Made by a program: the position numbers and the translations under genes. Of a stretch of DNA of 64,000 nucleotides, positions 1-9,839 are shown in pieces. Each line of letters starts with the position of its first letter. Within the stretch, counting starts at the first letter, position 1. The stretch is taken from NCBI GenBank assembly GCA_035939335.1, contig DASZFY010000047.1, positions 11,604-75,603 on the forward strand, in the 5' to 3' direction. The notes beneath the pieces were generated by a model that had not been told where the DNA came from, searched no databases, and was given only the letters and a program-made list of their open reading frames with translations. This stretch comes from Solirubrobacteraceae bacterium. GTDB taxonomy: Bacteria > Actinomycetota > Thermoleophilia > Solirubrobacterales > Solirubrobacteraceae.

Positions 1-785
1 GGACGCTTCTCGAGGAACGCGCCGGCTGCCTCGGGCAGGCCCTTGCTGAACGTGGCCATGATCTGCTGGCGGTCCTCGTACTCGACGGCAGCCTGCTGGG
101 AGGGGATCTCAAGCGCACTCCACATGCCGCGCTTGGTCAGGCGCACGCCCCAGGGCGCGAGCGCTGCGATCTCCTGGGCGGCGAGCACGGCTCGCTCGAT
201 CAGCTTGTCCTCCTCGACGACGTCGGCGACGAGGCCGATGCGCAGCGCCTCCTGGGCGTCAAAGCGCCGTCCGGTGAGCATCAGCTCGTGCGAGCGCGAG
301 ACGCCGATCAGGCGCGGCAGCAGCCAGCTGGTGCCCATGTCGCAATTGGACAGGCCGATGTTGATGAACGCGGCGCGGAACACGGCGGTGATGCTCGCGT
401 AGCGGATGTCGCTGCCGAGGCTGAGCGCGAGCCCGAGGCCGGCGGCGGGGCCGTTGACGGCGGCGATGACGGGCTGTGGGAGGGCGCGGAGCGCGAGCAC
501 GAGCTTGGACATGTGCTCCTGGTTGTCGAGCCGGTCGCGGGGCAGATCGCTTTCGTTGTTGGCAGGCGCGGCGCCGTATCCGCGCAGGTCGACGCCCGCG
601 CAGAAGCCGCGTCCGGCGCCGGTGAGGATCACCGCGCGGCAAGAGCGCTCGGCGGCGACCCTGCGCAGCTCGACGTGCAGCGCCTCGCACAGCTCGGCGT
701 TCATGGCGTTGAGCTGCTCGGGCCGGTTGAGCGCGAGCTGCACGACGTGGGGAGCGGGCTCCTCGACGAGTACCAGCTGGGTCAT
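1..785 (-). CDS. Enoyl-CoA hydratase/isomerase (crotonase) family protein, 3' end outside window
   Basis: Manual translation from ATG at 785: MTQLVLVEEPAPHVVQLALNRPEQLNAM...GAGRGFCAGVDL...PVIAAVNGPAAGLG...AFLEKR. Not in the ORF track because it has no stop in the window. Confidence 0.9.
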   Translation of the reverse strand, partial: MTQLVLVEEPAPHVVQLALNRPEQLNAMNAELCEALHVELRRVAAERSCRAVILTGAGRGFCAGVDLRGYGAAPANNESDLPRDRLDNQEHMSKLVLALRALPQPVIAAVNGPAAGLGLALSLGSDIRYASITAVFRAAFINIGLSNCDMGTSWLLPRLIGVSRSHELMLTGRRFDAQEALRIGLVADVVEEDKLIERAVLAAQEIAALAPWGVRLTKRGMWSALEIPSQQAAVEYEDRQQIMATFSKGLPEAAGAFLEKR

Positions 786-808
786 CGCGGGAATCCTATG
801 GTTTGACA

Positions 809-930
809 CCGCGGCGCAGCGTGGCGCGGCGTCGCGTGGCTTGACGTGACGGAGCGTGACGTGGCGCGGCATGGCGTGGCGGCGCGGCGTTGGCGTGGCA
901 GCGTGGTGGCGCAGCGTGGCGCGGCGTCGC
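809..930. repeat. Degenerate ~5-bp-period repeat tract (GCGTG/GCGCG/ACGTG) between divergent genes
   Basis: gcagcgtggcgcggcgtcgcgtggcttgacgtgacggagcgtgacgtggcgcggcatggcgtggc...; gcagcgtggcgcggcgtcgc occurs at both ends. Confidence 0.6.
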
Positions 931-964
931 CGGGCCGATCATTGGAGCTGCGAGACTGGCGCGC

Positions 965-1834
965 GTGAGTAGCACGGTGGCGCGCGCGAGGACGAGCCGG
1001 CCGAGCGTGGCGGTTGTGGGCCACGTGGAGTGGGTGCAGTTCGCGCGCGTGGTGCACGTGCCGCGCGCGGGCGAGGTGGTGCACGCGGAGGACCCGTTCG
1101 AGGAGCCGGCGGGCGGTGGCGCGGTGGCGGCGGTGCAGCTTGCGCGGCTGGCGGGCGCGGCGTCACTGGTGACGGTGCTGGGCGACGACGAGTACGGCCG
1201 GCGCTCGGTCACGCGCCTGGGCGAGCTCGGCGTGGACGTCCGCGCGTCAGTAGTGAATGCACCGACTCGCCGCGCGGTGACGCTGGTGGACGACGCGGGC
1301 GAGCGCACTATCACGACGTTCGGGCCGCGGCTGGAACCGCGGGGCGGCGAAGCGCCGGAACGCTGGAATCAGATGGCAGCGCTGGACGCGTTGTACTTCA
1401 CAGCGGGCGACGAGGCGGAGCTGCGGGTGGCACGGGCACGCTCGCGCGTGCTGGTTGCAAGCCCGCGCGCCCGCGACGCGCTCGGCCACGGCGTGCGGAT
1501 CGACGTGCTGGTGCTGAGCGGCGACGACGAGATCGAGCTGCGCGCGGCGCAGCCGGCGCTCGCGGAGGCGGAGCTGGTGCTGTGGACGGACGGCGAGCGC
1601 GGCGGGCGCTACAGGCGTCGCGACGGCGAGACGGGCAGCTGGTCGGCGATCCGCCCGCCGGGCGAGCGCGTCGATTCGTACGGTTGCGGCGACTCGTTCG
1701 CGGCGGGCCTCACGTACGGCCTCGGCGCGGGACTCGAGCTCGCCGACGCGCTCGCGCTGGCGGCGCGCTGCGGCGCGGTGTGCCTGACGGGCCGCGGACC
1801 GTACGAGCGCCAGCTCACCCGCGATGAGCTGTAG
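965..1834 (+). CDS. PfkB/ribokinase-family carbohydrate kinase
   Basis: GGGAVAAVQLARL...LGDDEYG N-terminal signature and VDSYGCGDSFAAG C-terminal PfkB motif. Start approximate (GTG 965). Confidence 0.88.
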   Translation: MSSTVARARTSRPSVAVVGHVEWVQFARVVHVPRAGEVVHAEDPFEEPAGGGAVAAVQLARLAGAASLVTVLGDDEYGRRSVTRLGELGVDVRASVVNAPTRRAVTLVDDAGERTITTFGPRLEPRGGEAPERWNQMAALDALYFTAGDEAELRVARARSRVLVASPRARDALGHGVRIDVLVLSGDDEIELRAAQPALAEAELVLWTDGERGGRYRRRDGETGSWSAIRPPGERVDSYGCGDSFAAGLTYGLGAGLELADALALAARCGAVCLTGRGPYERQLTRDEL

Positions 1835-1929
1835 CCGGCTGTACGCGTGCGTCACCCTGCGCTCACCCAGTCGCCCGGACCCGCACGCGACTGTGTGGCG
1901 CTCGCGGCCATATGATCCCCGCGGCCGCC

Positions 1930-2784
1930 ATGGACTTCGAACAGATCACCACGGAGCTCGCCGACGGCGCGCTGACGATCACGCTGAACCGCCCGGAGCG
2001 GCTGAACGCGTGGACGGCGCTGATGGGTCAGGAGTTGCGCGCGGCGTTCGACCGCGCGGACACGGACGATGACGTGCGCGTGGTGATCGTGACGGGCGCC
2101 GGCAGGGGCTTCTGCGCGGGCGCGGACCTGGCGAGCGGCGGCGACACGTTCGACGCGCGTAAGCGCGAGAGCGTGGCGGGCGCGATGCGCGACAACGGCG
2201 GCGAAACCACGCTGCGGATCTTCGAATCGACGAAGCCGGTGATCGCGGCGATCAACGGCCCTGCGGTGGGCGTGGGCGCGACGATGACGCTGCCGATGGA
2301 CGTGCGCCTGGCGGCAGACGACGCGCGCATAGGCTTCGTGTTCGCGCGCCGCGGCATCATCCCAGAGGCATGCTCGAGCTGGTTCCTACCGCGCGTGGTG
2401 GGCATCAGCCAAGCGATGGAGTGGGTGGCCACCGGCCGCGTGTTCTCCGCGCAGGAGGCGCTCGCCGGCGGCCTCGTGCGCAGCGTGCACCCCAAAGACG
2501 AGCTGCTCGACGCAGCCCGCGCGCTCGGCCGCGAGATCGCCGAGAACACAGCGCCTGTCTCCGTCGCGCTTGCCCGCCAGCTGATGTGGAGGATGCTCGG
2601 CGCCGAGCACCCGATGCTCGCCCACCGCGCGGACTCGCGCGGCATGGTCGCGCGCGGCCAGTCCGCTGACGCGGTCGAGGGCATCACCGCCTTCCTAGAG
2701 AAGCGCCCCGCGCGCTTCCCCGATCGCGTCAGCGACGGCCTCCCCGACGTGATGCCCGGCTGGAGCGCGCCGGAGTTCGAGTAG
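1930..2784 (+). CDS. Enoyl-CoA hydratase/isomerase (crotonase) family protein
   Basis: TITLNRPERLNA, GAGRGFCAGADL, KPVIAAINGPAVGVG, AFLEKRP. Confidence 0.92.
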   Translation: MDFEQITTELADGALTITLNRPERLNAWTALMGQELRAAFDRADTDDDVRVVIVTGAGRGFCAGADLASGGDTFDARKRESVAGAMRDNGGETTLRIFESTKPVIAAINGPAVGVGATMTLPMDVRLAADDARIGFVFARRGIIPEACSSWFLPRVVGISQAMEWVATGRVFSAQEALAGGLVRSVHPKDELLDAARALGREIAENTAPVSVALARQLMWRMLGAEHPMLAHRADSRGMVARGQSADAVEGITAFLEKRPARFPDRVSDGLPDVMPGWSAPEFE

Positions 2785-2804
2785 TCAGGCGCTGCGGGGA
2801 AGAG

Positions 2805-3332
2805 TCACGCTTTAGCCGGGACGCGTCGGTAGAGCCCCCAGGTCACGGCGACCGTCAGTGCCGCGGCCAATGCAAGCCGGGGCTCCACCCAAGAGAAAGA
2901 TCGTCTGAGGGCTACTTCGGTGAGGAGGCCGCCAACAATCACGGCAGCGAATACGAAGCCTGAATAGAGAATCGCTGCGCCGGCCCCTCCGCGAAGGCGC
3001 CACTCTCGGACGAACGGCTCAAAGTGCACAAGCCACGCGTAGATGAACAAGAAAATGCCGGCACCGTCGAGAAGTGCGTCGGCTTCGGCGCCGAGCTGCT
3101 TGTGGAGCGCAACTAGGAGCGTCACCGCGGCGTACCCGCCCATTACCAACAAGAAGCCCGTCAAGGCACGTTCGGCCCATAGCCGCGCTGGGTCGGAGTT
3201 CTTCGTGAGCTGTTCCATCCACGCCAGCCGCGGGCGGGTGAGGGCCAGTGTGAGCATCGTGCCTCCGACAATCGCGACTACGACCTCGCGAGCGTTGACT
3301 GCGTCGGCGACGGCCAGGACGGTGGGCACCAT
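2805..3332 (-). CDS. Hypothetical integral membrane protein (~5 TM)
   Basis: 175-aa ORF with several hydrophobic segments directly downstream of ligD; visibly lower GC than its neighbours. Confidence 0.6.
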   Translation of the reverse strand: MVPTVLAVADAVNAREVVVAIVGGTMLTLALTRPRLAWMEQLTKNSDPARLWAERALTGFLLVMGGYAAVTLLVALHKQLGAEADALLDGAGIFLFIYAWLVHFEPFVREWRLRGGAGAAILYSGFVFAAVIVGGLLTEVALRRSFSWVEPRLALAAALTVAVTWGLYRRVPAKA

Positions 3333-3364
3333 GCTGATGAGTTCGACCCATCGGACTAATAACT

Positions 3365-5875
3365 TTAGGCTGGCAGCTCCTGCACCAGCGAAAGTGCAGG
3401 TGCGAGCAGATCACCGCGCTCGGCCACGCTCTGGAGCACCTGCTCGGCGTCGAACGCGAGGTTGGCGGGGTCCTGCGAGTCTCGCGTTGCGCGGACCTCG
3501 TCCCACTCGACCGGCGTGGAAACGGTTGGTCGCTCGGTTGCGCGCAGCGAGTACGCGCACACGGTCGTCTTCTTGGCGTCGTTCTGGCTCCAGTCGATCA
3601 GCACCCTGCCCGTGCGTCGCGTCTTGGTCATGCGCGAGACCACCAGGTCGGGTTCAGCGCCCTCCAGCAGCTCCGCCACCGCTTTCGCAAACGGCTTCGT
3701 CTGGGCGTACGTGGCGCCGTCGGAGTTCAGTGGGATGTACACCTGCAGCCCCTTCGAGCCGGAGGTCTTGGCGAAGCTCTGCAGCCCCAGGTGCTCGAAC
3801 ATCCCCTGCAGCTGCGCCGCCACGTGACAGCACTCGACGATGCTCGCCGGCGCGCCCGGGTCGAGGTCGAACACCACCGACGTCGGGCGGTCGATCGCCG
3901 GCGCTCGCGCGAGCGGCACGTGCAGCTCGATCGCCGCCAGGTTCGCCAGCCACACGAGCGTTGGCAGATCGTTCGCGAGCAGGTAGTCGATCGTCTTGCC
4001 TGTGCCCTTCAGGGTACGCTCGCTCGCCACCGTCGCCGTGCGCACCCACTCCGGCCGGTGTGCAGGCGCCTGCTTCTGGAAGAACGACTTCGCCTCCACA
4101 CCGTCCGGCCAGCGCGTGACCGTCAGCGGACGCTCCGCCAGGTGCCCCAGCAGTGCCGGCGCGATCGTCGCGTAGTACTCGATCACGTCGCCCTTCGTGA
4201 ATCCCGTCTTGGGGTACAGCACCTTGTCGAGGTTGGACAGCTTCAGCTCGCGCCCCTCCACCGTCGTCTCCGCCGCGTTCTTGCCGCGCCTGCGGATTGG
4301 CAGCGGCCCCAGCGACTCGCCGGGCTCCTGCGGCGTGCCCGGCGAGGTTCCGAGCGCTTGCGGCGCTCCGGGCGCCCCCGAATCGATGGCCTGTGCGTTC
4401 GTGACTGCGTCGAGGAAGTCCTCGCGCGCCACCTGCTCCGGCGGCTTGTCCTCGCGCAGCCCCTTGTACACCGGGTGGCGCAGGCTGCCGGCGCTCGTCC
4501 AGCTCGTGAACTCGACCTCCACCACCAGTCGCGGCTCGCAGAAGATCGCGCCGCGCGGAGGACTCTCGCCGGCGCCGAACGGCGAAGTCGGGCGCTCGAG
4601 CGGCGCGAGCAGGCGCGACAGACACTGCAGATCGTCCTCGCCGAAGCCGCTGCCCACGCGGCCCGCGTAGCGCAGCACGCCCTCGTCCTCGTACACGCCC
4701 AGCAGCAGCGCGCCGATGCTGTTCGCGCGCTTGCCCTTCCCCGGCATCCAGCCGCCCACCACGAGCTCCTGGCGGGCGGTCGTCTTGACCTTGATCCAGT
4801 CGCGCGAGCGCACGCCCGGCTGATAGATCGAGCCCAGACGCTTGGCGACCACGCCCTCCAGATGCTGCTCAGCGCTCGCCTCCAGCAGCGCTTTGCCCTG
4901 TCCGATCACGTAATCGGGTGTCTGCCAGCGCTCCCCGCTCAATGCCAGCGCCGCCAACTGCTCGCGCCGCGTGCTGTACGGCTCGCCTGTCAGCGAGTGG
5001 CCGTCCAGCCACAGCAGGTCGAAGATCACGTACGTCACCGGCGTGCCCTTCGCCAGCCGCCGCGCCTGCTCGCGCGACGCCGTGTGCATGCGCCGCTGCA
5101 GCGCCGCGAAGCTCGGGCGCCCGTCGCCGTCGAACGCCACCAGCTCGCCGTCCAGCACCGCGTTGTGCGAGCCCAGCGCCGCGTTTACGCCCAACAGCTC
5201 CGGATAGCTGTCGGTGATGTCGTTGAGGTTGCGGCTTTCAAGCCGCAGCTCGCCCGGCTGCGAGTACGCGATCGCGCGCACGCCGTCCCACTTGATCTCA
5301 AACGCCCAGTCGCTGTCGTGCGCCGGCAGTGCGCCCGCGCTCGCGAGCATCGGCACGAGGCGCTTTGGCATCGGCTCGCGGTCGAGATCCGCGGGCGGGT
5401 CCATCCGGTGAATCAGCCAGTTCTTTGGCGCCTCGCCCTTGTCGATCGGAAACAGCGCATAGCGTGCGTTCACGCGCTCGCCGTGCAGCGCCACCTCCAC
5501 CTTGCGCGGCTCCCACTTCAAGCACTCGTACGTGCCTCGATCCCAGATGATCACCTCGCCCGCGCCGTACTCGCCCCTCGGTATCTCCGCCTCGAAGTCC
5601 AGGTACTCCAGCGGATGGTCCTCCACCGCCACCGCCAGGTGGTTTTCGCCCGGCGCCTGCGGCAGACCCTTGGGGATCGCCCACGACGCCAGCGTCCCGT
5701 CGCGCTCCAGGCGCAGATCCCAGTGCAGGCGCCTGGCGTGATGCTCGTGGATGACGAAGCGCGCCGTGCCCGCTCGCGCGGCATTCTTGGCGGACGCGGA
5801 CGTCGAGGCGGCCTCAGGCTCGGGCGTGGCGTCGAAATCGCGTTTCGCGCGGTAGCGCTTCAGGCGATCGGGCAC
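3365..5875 (-). CDS. ligD: NHEJ DNA ligase D (phosphoesterase-ligase-polymerase)
   Basis: PE: FVIHEHHARRLHWDLRLE, EDHPLEY. LIG: FEIKWDGVRA, EGVVAKR, WIKVK. POL: LSNLDKVLYP, FDLDP, KTSGSKGLQV, IDWSQN. Confidence 0.96.
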   Translation of the reverse strand: MPDRLKRYRAKRDFDATPEPEAASTSASAKNAARAGTARFVIHEHHARRLHWDLRLERDGTLASWAIPKGLPQAPGENHLAVAVEDHPLEYLDFEAEIPRGEYGAGEVIIWDRGTYECLKWEPRKVEVALHGERVNARYALFPIDKGEAPKNWLIHRMDPPADLDREPMPKRLVPMLASAGALPAHDSDWAFEIKWDGVRAIAYSQPGELRLESRNLNDITDSYPELLGVNAALGSHNAVLDGELVAFDGDGRPSFAALQRRMHTASREQARRLAKGTPVTYVIFDLLWLDGHSLTGEPYSTRREQLAALALSGERWQTPDYVIGQGKALLEASAEQHLEGVVAKRLGSIYQPGVRSRDWIKVKTTARQELVVGGWMPGKGKRANSIGALLLGVYEDEGVLRYAGRVGSGFGEDDLQCLSRLLAPLERPTSPFGAGESPPRGAIFCEPRLVVEVEFTSWTSAGSLRHPVYKGLREDKPPEQVAREDFLDAVTNAQAIDSGAPGAPQALGTSPGTPQEPGESLGPLPIRRRGKNAAETTVEGRELKLSNLDKVLYPKTGFTKGDVIEYYATIAPALLGHLAERPLTVTRWPDGVEAKSFFQKQAPAHRPEWVRTATVASERTLKGTGKTIDYLLANDLPTLVWLANLAAIELHVPLARAPAIDRPTSVVFDLDPGAPASIVECCHVAAQLQGMFEHLGLQSFAKTSGSKGLQVYIPLNSDGATYAQTKPFAKAVAELLEGAEPDLVVSRMTKTRRTGRVLIDWSQNDAKKTTVCAYSLRATERPTVSTPVEWDEVRATRDSQDPANLAFDAEQVLQSVAERGDLLAPALSLVQELPA

Positions 5876-6808
5876 CTACCGCTTGGCGGCGGGTTTTTTC
5901 GTGGCGCTCGCTTTGGCCCCGGCTGCTTTGGGCGCCCCCGCTTTGGCCGCCGCTTTCTTGGCTGTCGCCGGCTTCTTCGCCGCTTTGCGCGGTTTCGCCG
6001 CGCCGTCCGCGTCTGCGCTCTGGCGTGCGCGCACCGCGTCGAGGCTCGCCTTCAACGCGCTCATCAGGTCGGGCGCCGGCGCGGCGAGCTCTTCCGGCGC
6101 CGGCTGCACCGCGATCGCCTTGCCTGCTGCCTTGCGCTCGATCAGCTCCAGCACCTGCTCGCGGTAGGTGTCGCGGAAGCGCTCCGGCTCGAAGTCGCCC
6201 GCCAGCGATTCCACCAGCTGCTTGGCGATGTCGAGCTCGCGCTCGGTCGTCTCGATCTCCTTCACCTCCGCCACCTCGTCCAGGCGGTCCGGCGGCAGCA
6301 CTTCGTCGGCGAACATCATCGTCGCCATCCCCAGCGCGTCGCCCATCGGGCGCACCGCCACCAGCTGCTCCTTCGAGCGGATCACCACGCGCGCGATCGC
6401 TACTTTGCCCGTCTCGCGCATCGCGTCCAGCAGCAGCCTGTAGGGCTTCGCGCCCCCCGCCCCCGGCGCCAGGTAATAAGGATGATCGTAGTAAACAGGG
6501 TCGATCTGCGAGAGCGCTACGAACTCCTCGATCTCAATTGTTTTTGTCTTCTTCGGCTCCAGCGACTCCAGCTCGCCTGGCTCGATCACCACGTAGCGGT
6601 CCGGCGCCAGCTCGTAGCCCTTTACGATCTCCGCGTACGGGACCTCCTCGCCGGTCGACGGGTCCACGCGCTTCTGCGCCACGCGCACGCCACTACTGCT
6701 CGCGAGCTGGTGAAAGCGCACGCTCTTGCGGTCGACCGCGCTGTACAGCTTCACCGGGACGGTGACCATCCCGAAGCCGATCGTGCCGGTCCATATCGCG
6801 CGGGGCAT
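5876..6808 (-). CDS. ku: NHEJ DNA end-binding protein Ku with basic Ala/Lys-rich tail
   Basis: RAIWTGTIGFGMVTVPVKLY, IVKGYE, YYDHPYYL, DLMSALKASL; abuts the ligD start. Confidence 0.96.
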   Translation of the reverse strand: MPRAIWTGTIGFGMVTVPVKLYSAVDRKSVRFHQLASSSGVRVAQKRVDPSTGEEVPYAEIVKGYELAPDRYVVIEPGELESLEPKKTKTIEIEEFVALSQIDPVYYDHPYYLAPGAGGAKPYRLLLDAMRETGKVAIARVVIRSKEQLVAVRPMGDALGMATMMFADEVLPPDRLDEVAEVKEIETTERELDIAKQLVESLAGDFEPERFRDTYREQVLELIERKAAGKAIAVQPAPEELAAPAPDLMSALKASLDAVRARQSADADGAAKPRKAAKKPATAKKAAAKAGAPKAAGAKASATKKPAAKR

Positions 6809-6863
6809 ACGTGATTAGTACCAGCTCTGGACGGGTGTAAACAGCGCTGCAAAGCGCGTGGCG

Positions 6864-8381
6864 TCAGTTGTCGGTGTCCTTGCCCGCCAGGCCCGCCGTG
6901 TGTGTTGCCTCCGGCTCGATCTCCGTCTCGCGCATCGACGCCGGGAGCAGGTCGCTCGGCGCATATATCTCCGGCTGCCCCGGTTCGCCTGTATGACCGT
7001 TCCCGCGTGCGCGCGCCGCCTCGATCTCCTCCGCGCTCGCCGTCAGTCGCGCCGAGTAGATCGACGGCGCCCCCAGCACGCGCGCGAGCACCGTCGCCTC
7101 CACCACCGCCAGCAGGATCGGCACCATCAGCGCGTCCGCGCGGTGCGTCAGCTCGAGCAGCAGCACCACCGCCGCCAGCGGGCCCTGCATCGACGCGCCC
7201 AGCACCGCCGCGCCGCCGATGATCGCGTAGCTGCCCAGCGGCGCGCCAGGCCAGATCTGCACCCAGCCCTCGCCCAGCAGGCCGCCCAGCAGCACGCCGT
7301 ACGCGAGCGTCGGCGTGAACAGCCCGCCCGGCGCGCCGCTGCCCAGGCACGCCGCCGTCACCAGCGGCTTCAACACCAGCAGCACCGCCAGCAGCGCCAC
7401 GCTCAGCTTCGCCACCAGCGCCAGCTGCACGACCGGTTTGCCGTTGCCCAGCAGCTCTGGGTAGGTGGTCGCGAGCGCGCCCAGCGCAGTGAACACCACC
7501 AGCGGCGCCGCCACGCGCATCCATCCCGACGGGCGCAGCGCGTGCGCCCGTGCGATCACGCGGATCCATGCGATCGCCGCCAGCCCCGCGATCGGCCCGA
7601 CGATCACCGCCCACACGATCTGCGCGCCGCTCACTGGGTAGTTGGGGATCGAGTACGTCGGCGCCGTCGGCAGCACGATCCACGCGACCGCCGTCGCTAC
7701 CAGCGAAGTCGCCAGCGCCGGCAGCACCAGCGGCAGCGTCAACGTTCCCAGCAGCACCTCAAGCGCGAACAGCGCGCCCCCCAGCGGCACGTTGTACACC
7801 GCCGCCATGCCCGCGCCAGCGCCGCACGCAACCAGCAGCCGCCGCTGCCACTCCGGCAGGCGTGCCCACTCGCTCAATACGCTCGCCACCGCCGCGCCTG
7901 CCTGCTGCGGCGCCGCCTCGCGGCCCAGCGACGCGCCCAGCGCCACGATCACGATCGAGTGCACGCCCCGCGCGATGCTCGCCCAGAACGGCACCCGCGC
8001 GCGGCGCAGCCACAGCGCGTCCGAGACCTCGCCAGGGTTGTGACGCGACAGCGCCACCGCGCCGGCGCCCGCGACCACGCCGCCGATCGCCAGCACCAGC
8101 ACCCGCCGTGTCGCCGACGCGCGCTTGACCGCTTCCAGGAAGTCGCCCGAGTGGTAGGACCACGCCAGGTGCTGAATCGCGCGCAGCAGCTCGATCAGGG
8201 CCGCGCCGCCGACGCCAGCGCCCAGGCCCACAAGTACCACCAGTACCCAGAACCGCACCCCGTACGAGGCCACGATCCCGCGGCCGGGCACGTTCGGTTG
8301 AGGGGTCGGCCGCGTCACTGCACGCCCCAGTCTGACGCGGGGCCCAGGCGGCAGCGAGAACGCGCTGTTACCGCGCCGCAT
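6864..8381 (-). CDS. ClC-family chloride channel/transporter
   Basis: GASLGREAAP, YNVPLGGALFALE, GGLFTP, SIY; many TM helices. Start uncertain (GTG 8318 also possible). Confidence 0.88.
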   Translation of the reverse strand: MRRGNSAFSLPPGPRVRLGRAVTRPTPQPNVPGRGIVASYGVRFWVLVVLVGLGAGVGGAALIELLRAIQHLAWSYHSGDFLEAVKRASATRRVLVLAIGGVVAGAGAVALSRHNPGEVSDALWLRRARVPFWASIARGVHSIVIVALGASLGREAAPQQAGAAVASVLSEWARLPEWQRRLLVACGAGAGMAAVYNVPLGGALFALEVLLGTLTLPLVLPALATSLVATAVAWIVLPTAPTYSIPNYPVSGAQIVWAVIVGPIAGLAAIAWIRVIARAHALRPSGWMRVAAPLVVFTALGALATTYPELLGNGKPVVQLALVAKLSVALLAVLLVLKPLVTAACLGSGAPGGLFTPTLAYGVLLGGLLGEGWVQIWPGAPLGSYAIIGGAAVLGASMQGPLAAVVLLLELTHRADALMVPILLAVVEATVLARVLGAPSIYSARLTASAEEIEAARARGNGHTGEPGQPEIYAPSDLLPASMRETEIEPEATHTAGLAGKDTDN

Positions 8382-8491
8382 CTCCCGTATGGCTCACAGG
8401 CATTGCTCACCGGGGCGCAATCGCTCAAACTGGCCAGCCAGCCAGTATGATCCGGTGCTCCATCCGGTGGGCAAATCTTGGAGGTTTGAAA

Positions 8492-9727
8492 ATGGCGACC
8501 GTCGGGCGCGACATCGAGGCCGTGGAACTCACCGAGGAGGGGCTGTGGGCGGACGGGCCGCCATACGAGCTGTTCAAGGAGATGCGCGGCAAGTGCCCGA
8601 TCCACTGGACGGACAGCTTTGAACTGTTCCCCGAGGAGGCCGGCTTCTGGTCGGTCACCACCGCCGAGGACGTCCACACCGTCAGCCGTGACTGGAAGAC
8701 GTACTCATCCGAAGCCGGCGGCGTGCTCGCCGCCGCCGCGGGCTTTCCGATCGAGCTCGCGCGCGCGATGTTCATCGGCATGGACCCGCCCAAGCACGAT
8801 CGCCTCAAGGCGCTGTTCCAGGCGGGCTTCACCCCCAGACGGATCGCCGCGCACGAGGACGCCATCCGCGCGATCACGATCAACGTCCTCGACCGGCTCG
8901 ACGGCCGCGACAGCTGCGACCTGGTCAGCGACGTCGCGCAGCCGGTCGTCTCGCGCGTGATCGGCAGCTTCATGGGCATCTCCGAGGAGGACGACGCGAT
9001 CTGGGCGCGTCTGATGAACTCGACGCTCGGCGCCGCCGACCCGGACCTGAACCCCGATGGCTTCGAGGGCGCGATCGAGAAAGACCTGCCCGAGATCTTC
9101 GAGCGCTGTCGTCAGCTGATCGCCGCGCGCCAGGAGAACCCCACCGATGACCTGACGAGCGTGCTCGTGCACTCCGAAGTCGACGGGCAGAAGCTCGAGG
9201 AACACGAGATCGTGATGGGCTTCTTCCTGTTGATGGCCGCCGGCAACGACAGCACCAAGGCGACCTTCTGCAGCGGCATGCGCGCCCTGATGGAAGACCG
9301 CCAGCAGATGCAGTTGCTGCTCGACGATCCCTCGCTGATCGCCAACGCCGTCGAGGAGTCGCTGCGGATGTTCCCCGCGTTCGCGCACTTCCGCCGCACC
9401 GCCACCTGCGACACCGAGTTGCACGGACAGAAGATCCGCGAGGGTGACAAGGTGGTCATGTGGTACGTGTCCTCCAATCGCGACGAGACGCGCTTCGAGG
9501 ACGCCGACCGCTTCGACCTGCGTCGGGAATGCGAGCACCAGGCATTCGGCGCCGGCGGACGGCACTTCTGCCTTGGCACCGCGCTCGCGCGCCTGGAGCT
9601 CAAGGTGATGCTCGAGGAGACGCTCAAGCGCTATCCGCGCATACAGCTCGACGGCGGGGCGGGCGGGCCCAAATCAGTCGAATCGCTGTTCCTCAACCAG
9701 CTCAAGTCGCTGCCCGTGAGGCTGTGA
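8492..9727 (+). CDS. Cytochrome P450 (CYP124/125-like by appearance)
   Basis: MDPPKH, I-helix AAGNDST, ExxR (ESLR), heme motif FGAGGRHFCLG; GGAGG SD at 8480-8484. Confidence 0.95.
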   Translation: MATVGRDIEAVELTEEGLWADGPPYELFKEMRGKCPIHWTDSFELFPEEAGFWSVTTAEDVHTVSRDWKTYSSEAGGVLAAAAGFPIELARAMFIGMDPPKHDRLKALFQAGFTPRRIAAHEDAIRAITINVLDRLDGRDSCDLVSDVAQPVVSRVIGSFMGISEEDDAIWARLMNSTLGAADPDLNPDGFEGAIEKDLPEIFERCRQLIAARQENPTDDLTSVLVHSEVDGQKLEEHEIVMGFFLLMAAGNDSTKATFCSGMRALMEDRQQMQLLLDDPSLIANAVEESLRMFPAFAHFRRTATCDTELHGQKIREGDKVVMWYVSSNRDETRFEDADRFDLRRECEHQAFGAGGRHFCLGTALARLELKVMLEETLKRYPRIQLDGGAGGPKSVESLFLNQLKSLPVRL

Positions 9728-9751
9728 AGTTGGTTGCTCCTTTTGCGAATG

Positions 9752-9773
9752 CTGTATAGCCATCGCTATACAG
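9752..9773. repeat. Dispersed AT-rich palindrome, copy 1 (CTGTATAGC-CATC-GCTATACAG)
   Basis: Perfect 9-bp arms; between the convergent P450 and aldo/keto reductase genes; flanks ttgcgaatg / tgttttct. Confidence 0.85.
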
Positions 9774-9839
9774 TGTTTTCTTTTTGCGCCCGGCGCCCGG
9801 CGCCCGCGTCGGCGCCGGCGCCCTGCACGCCGCAGTGTC

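Noticed and set aside
3791-6814. Very long shadow ORFs (1007 aa here; also 40806-43769, 42920-44959, 53459-55279)
   Set aside because: Antisense or alternative frames of real genes, an expected result of stop-codon scarcity in high-GC DNA.
6825-6857. Possible degenerate copy of the palindrome upstream of ku (TGTAAACAGCGCTGCAAAG)
   Set aside because: Only the right flank is similar; there is no left arm or CCATCG core.
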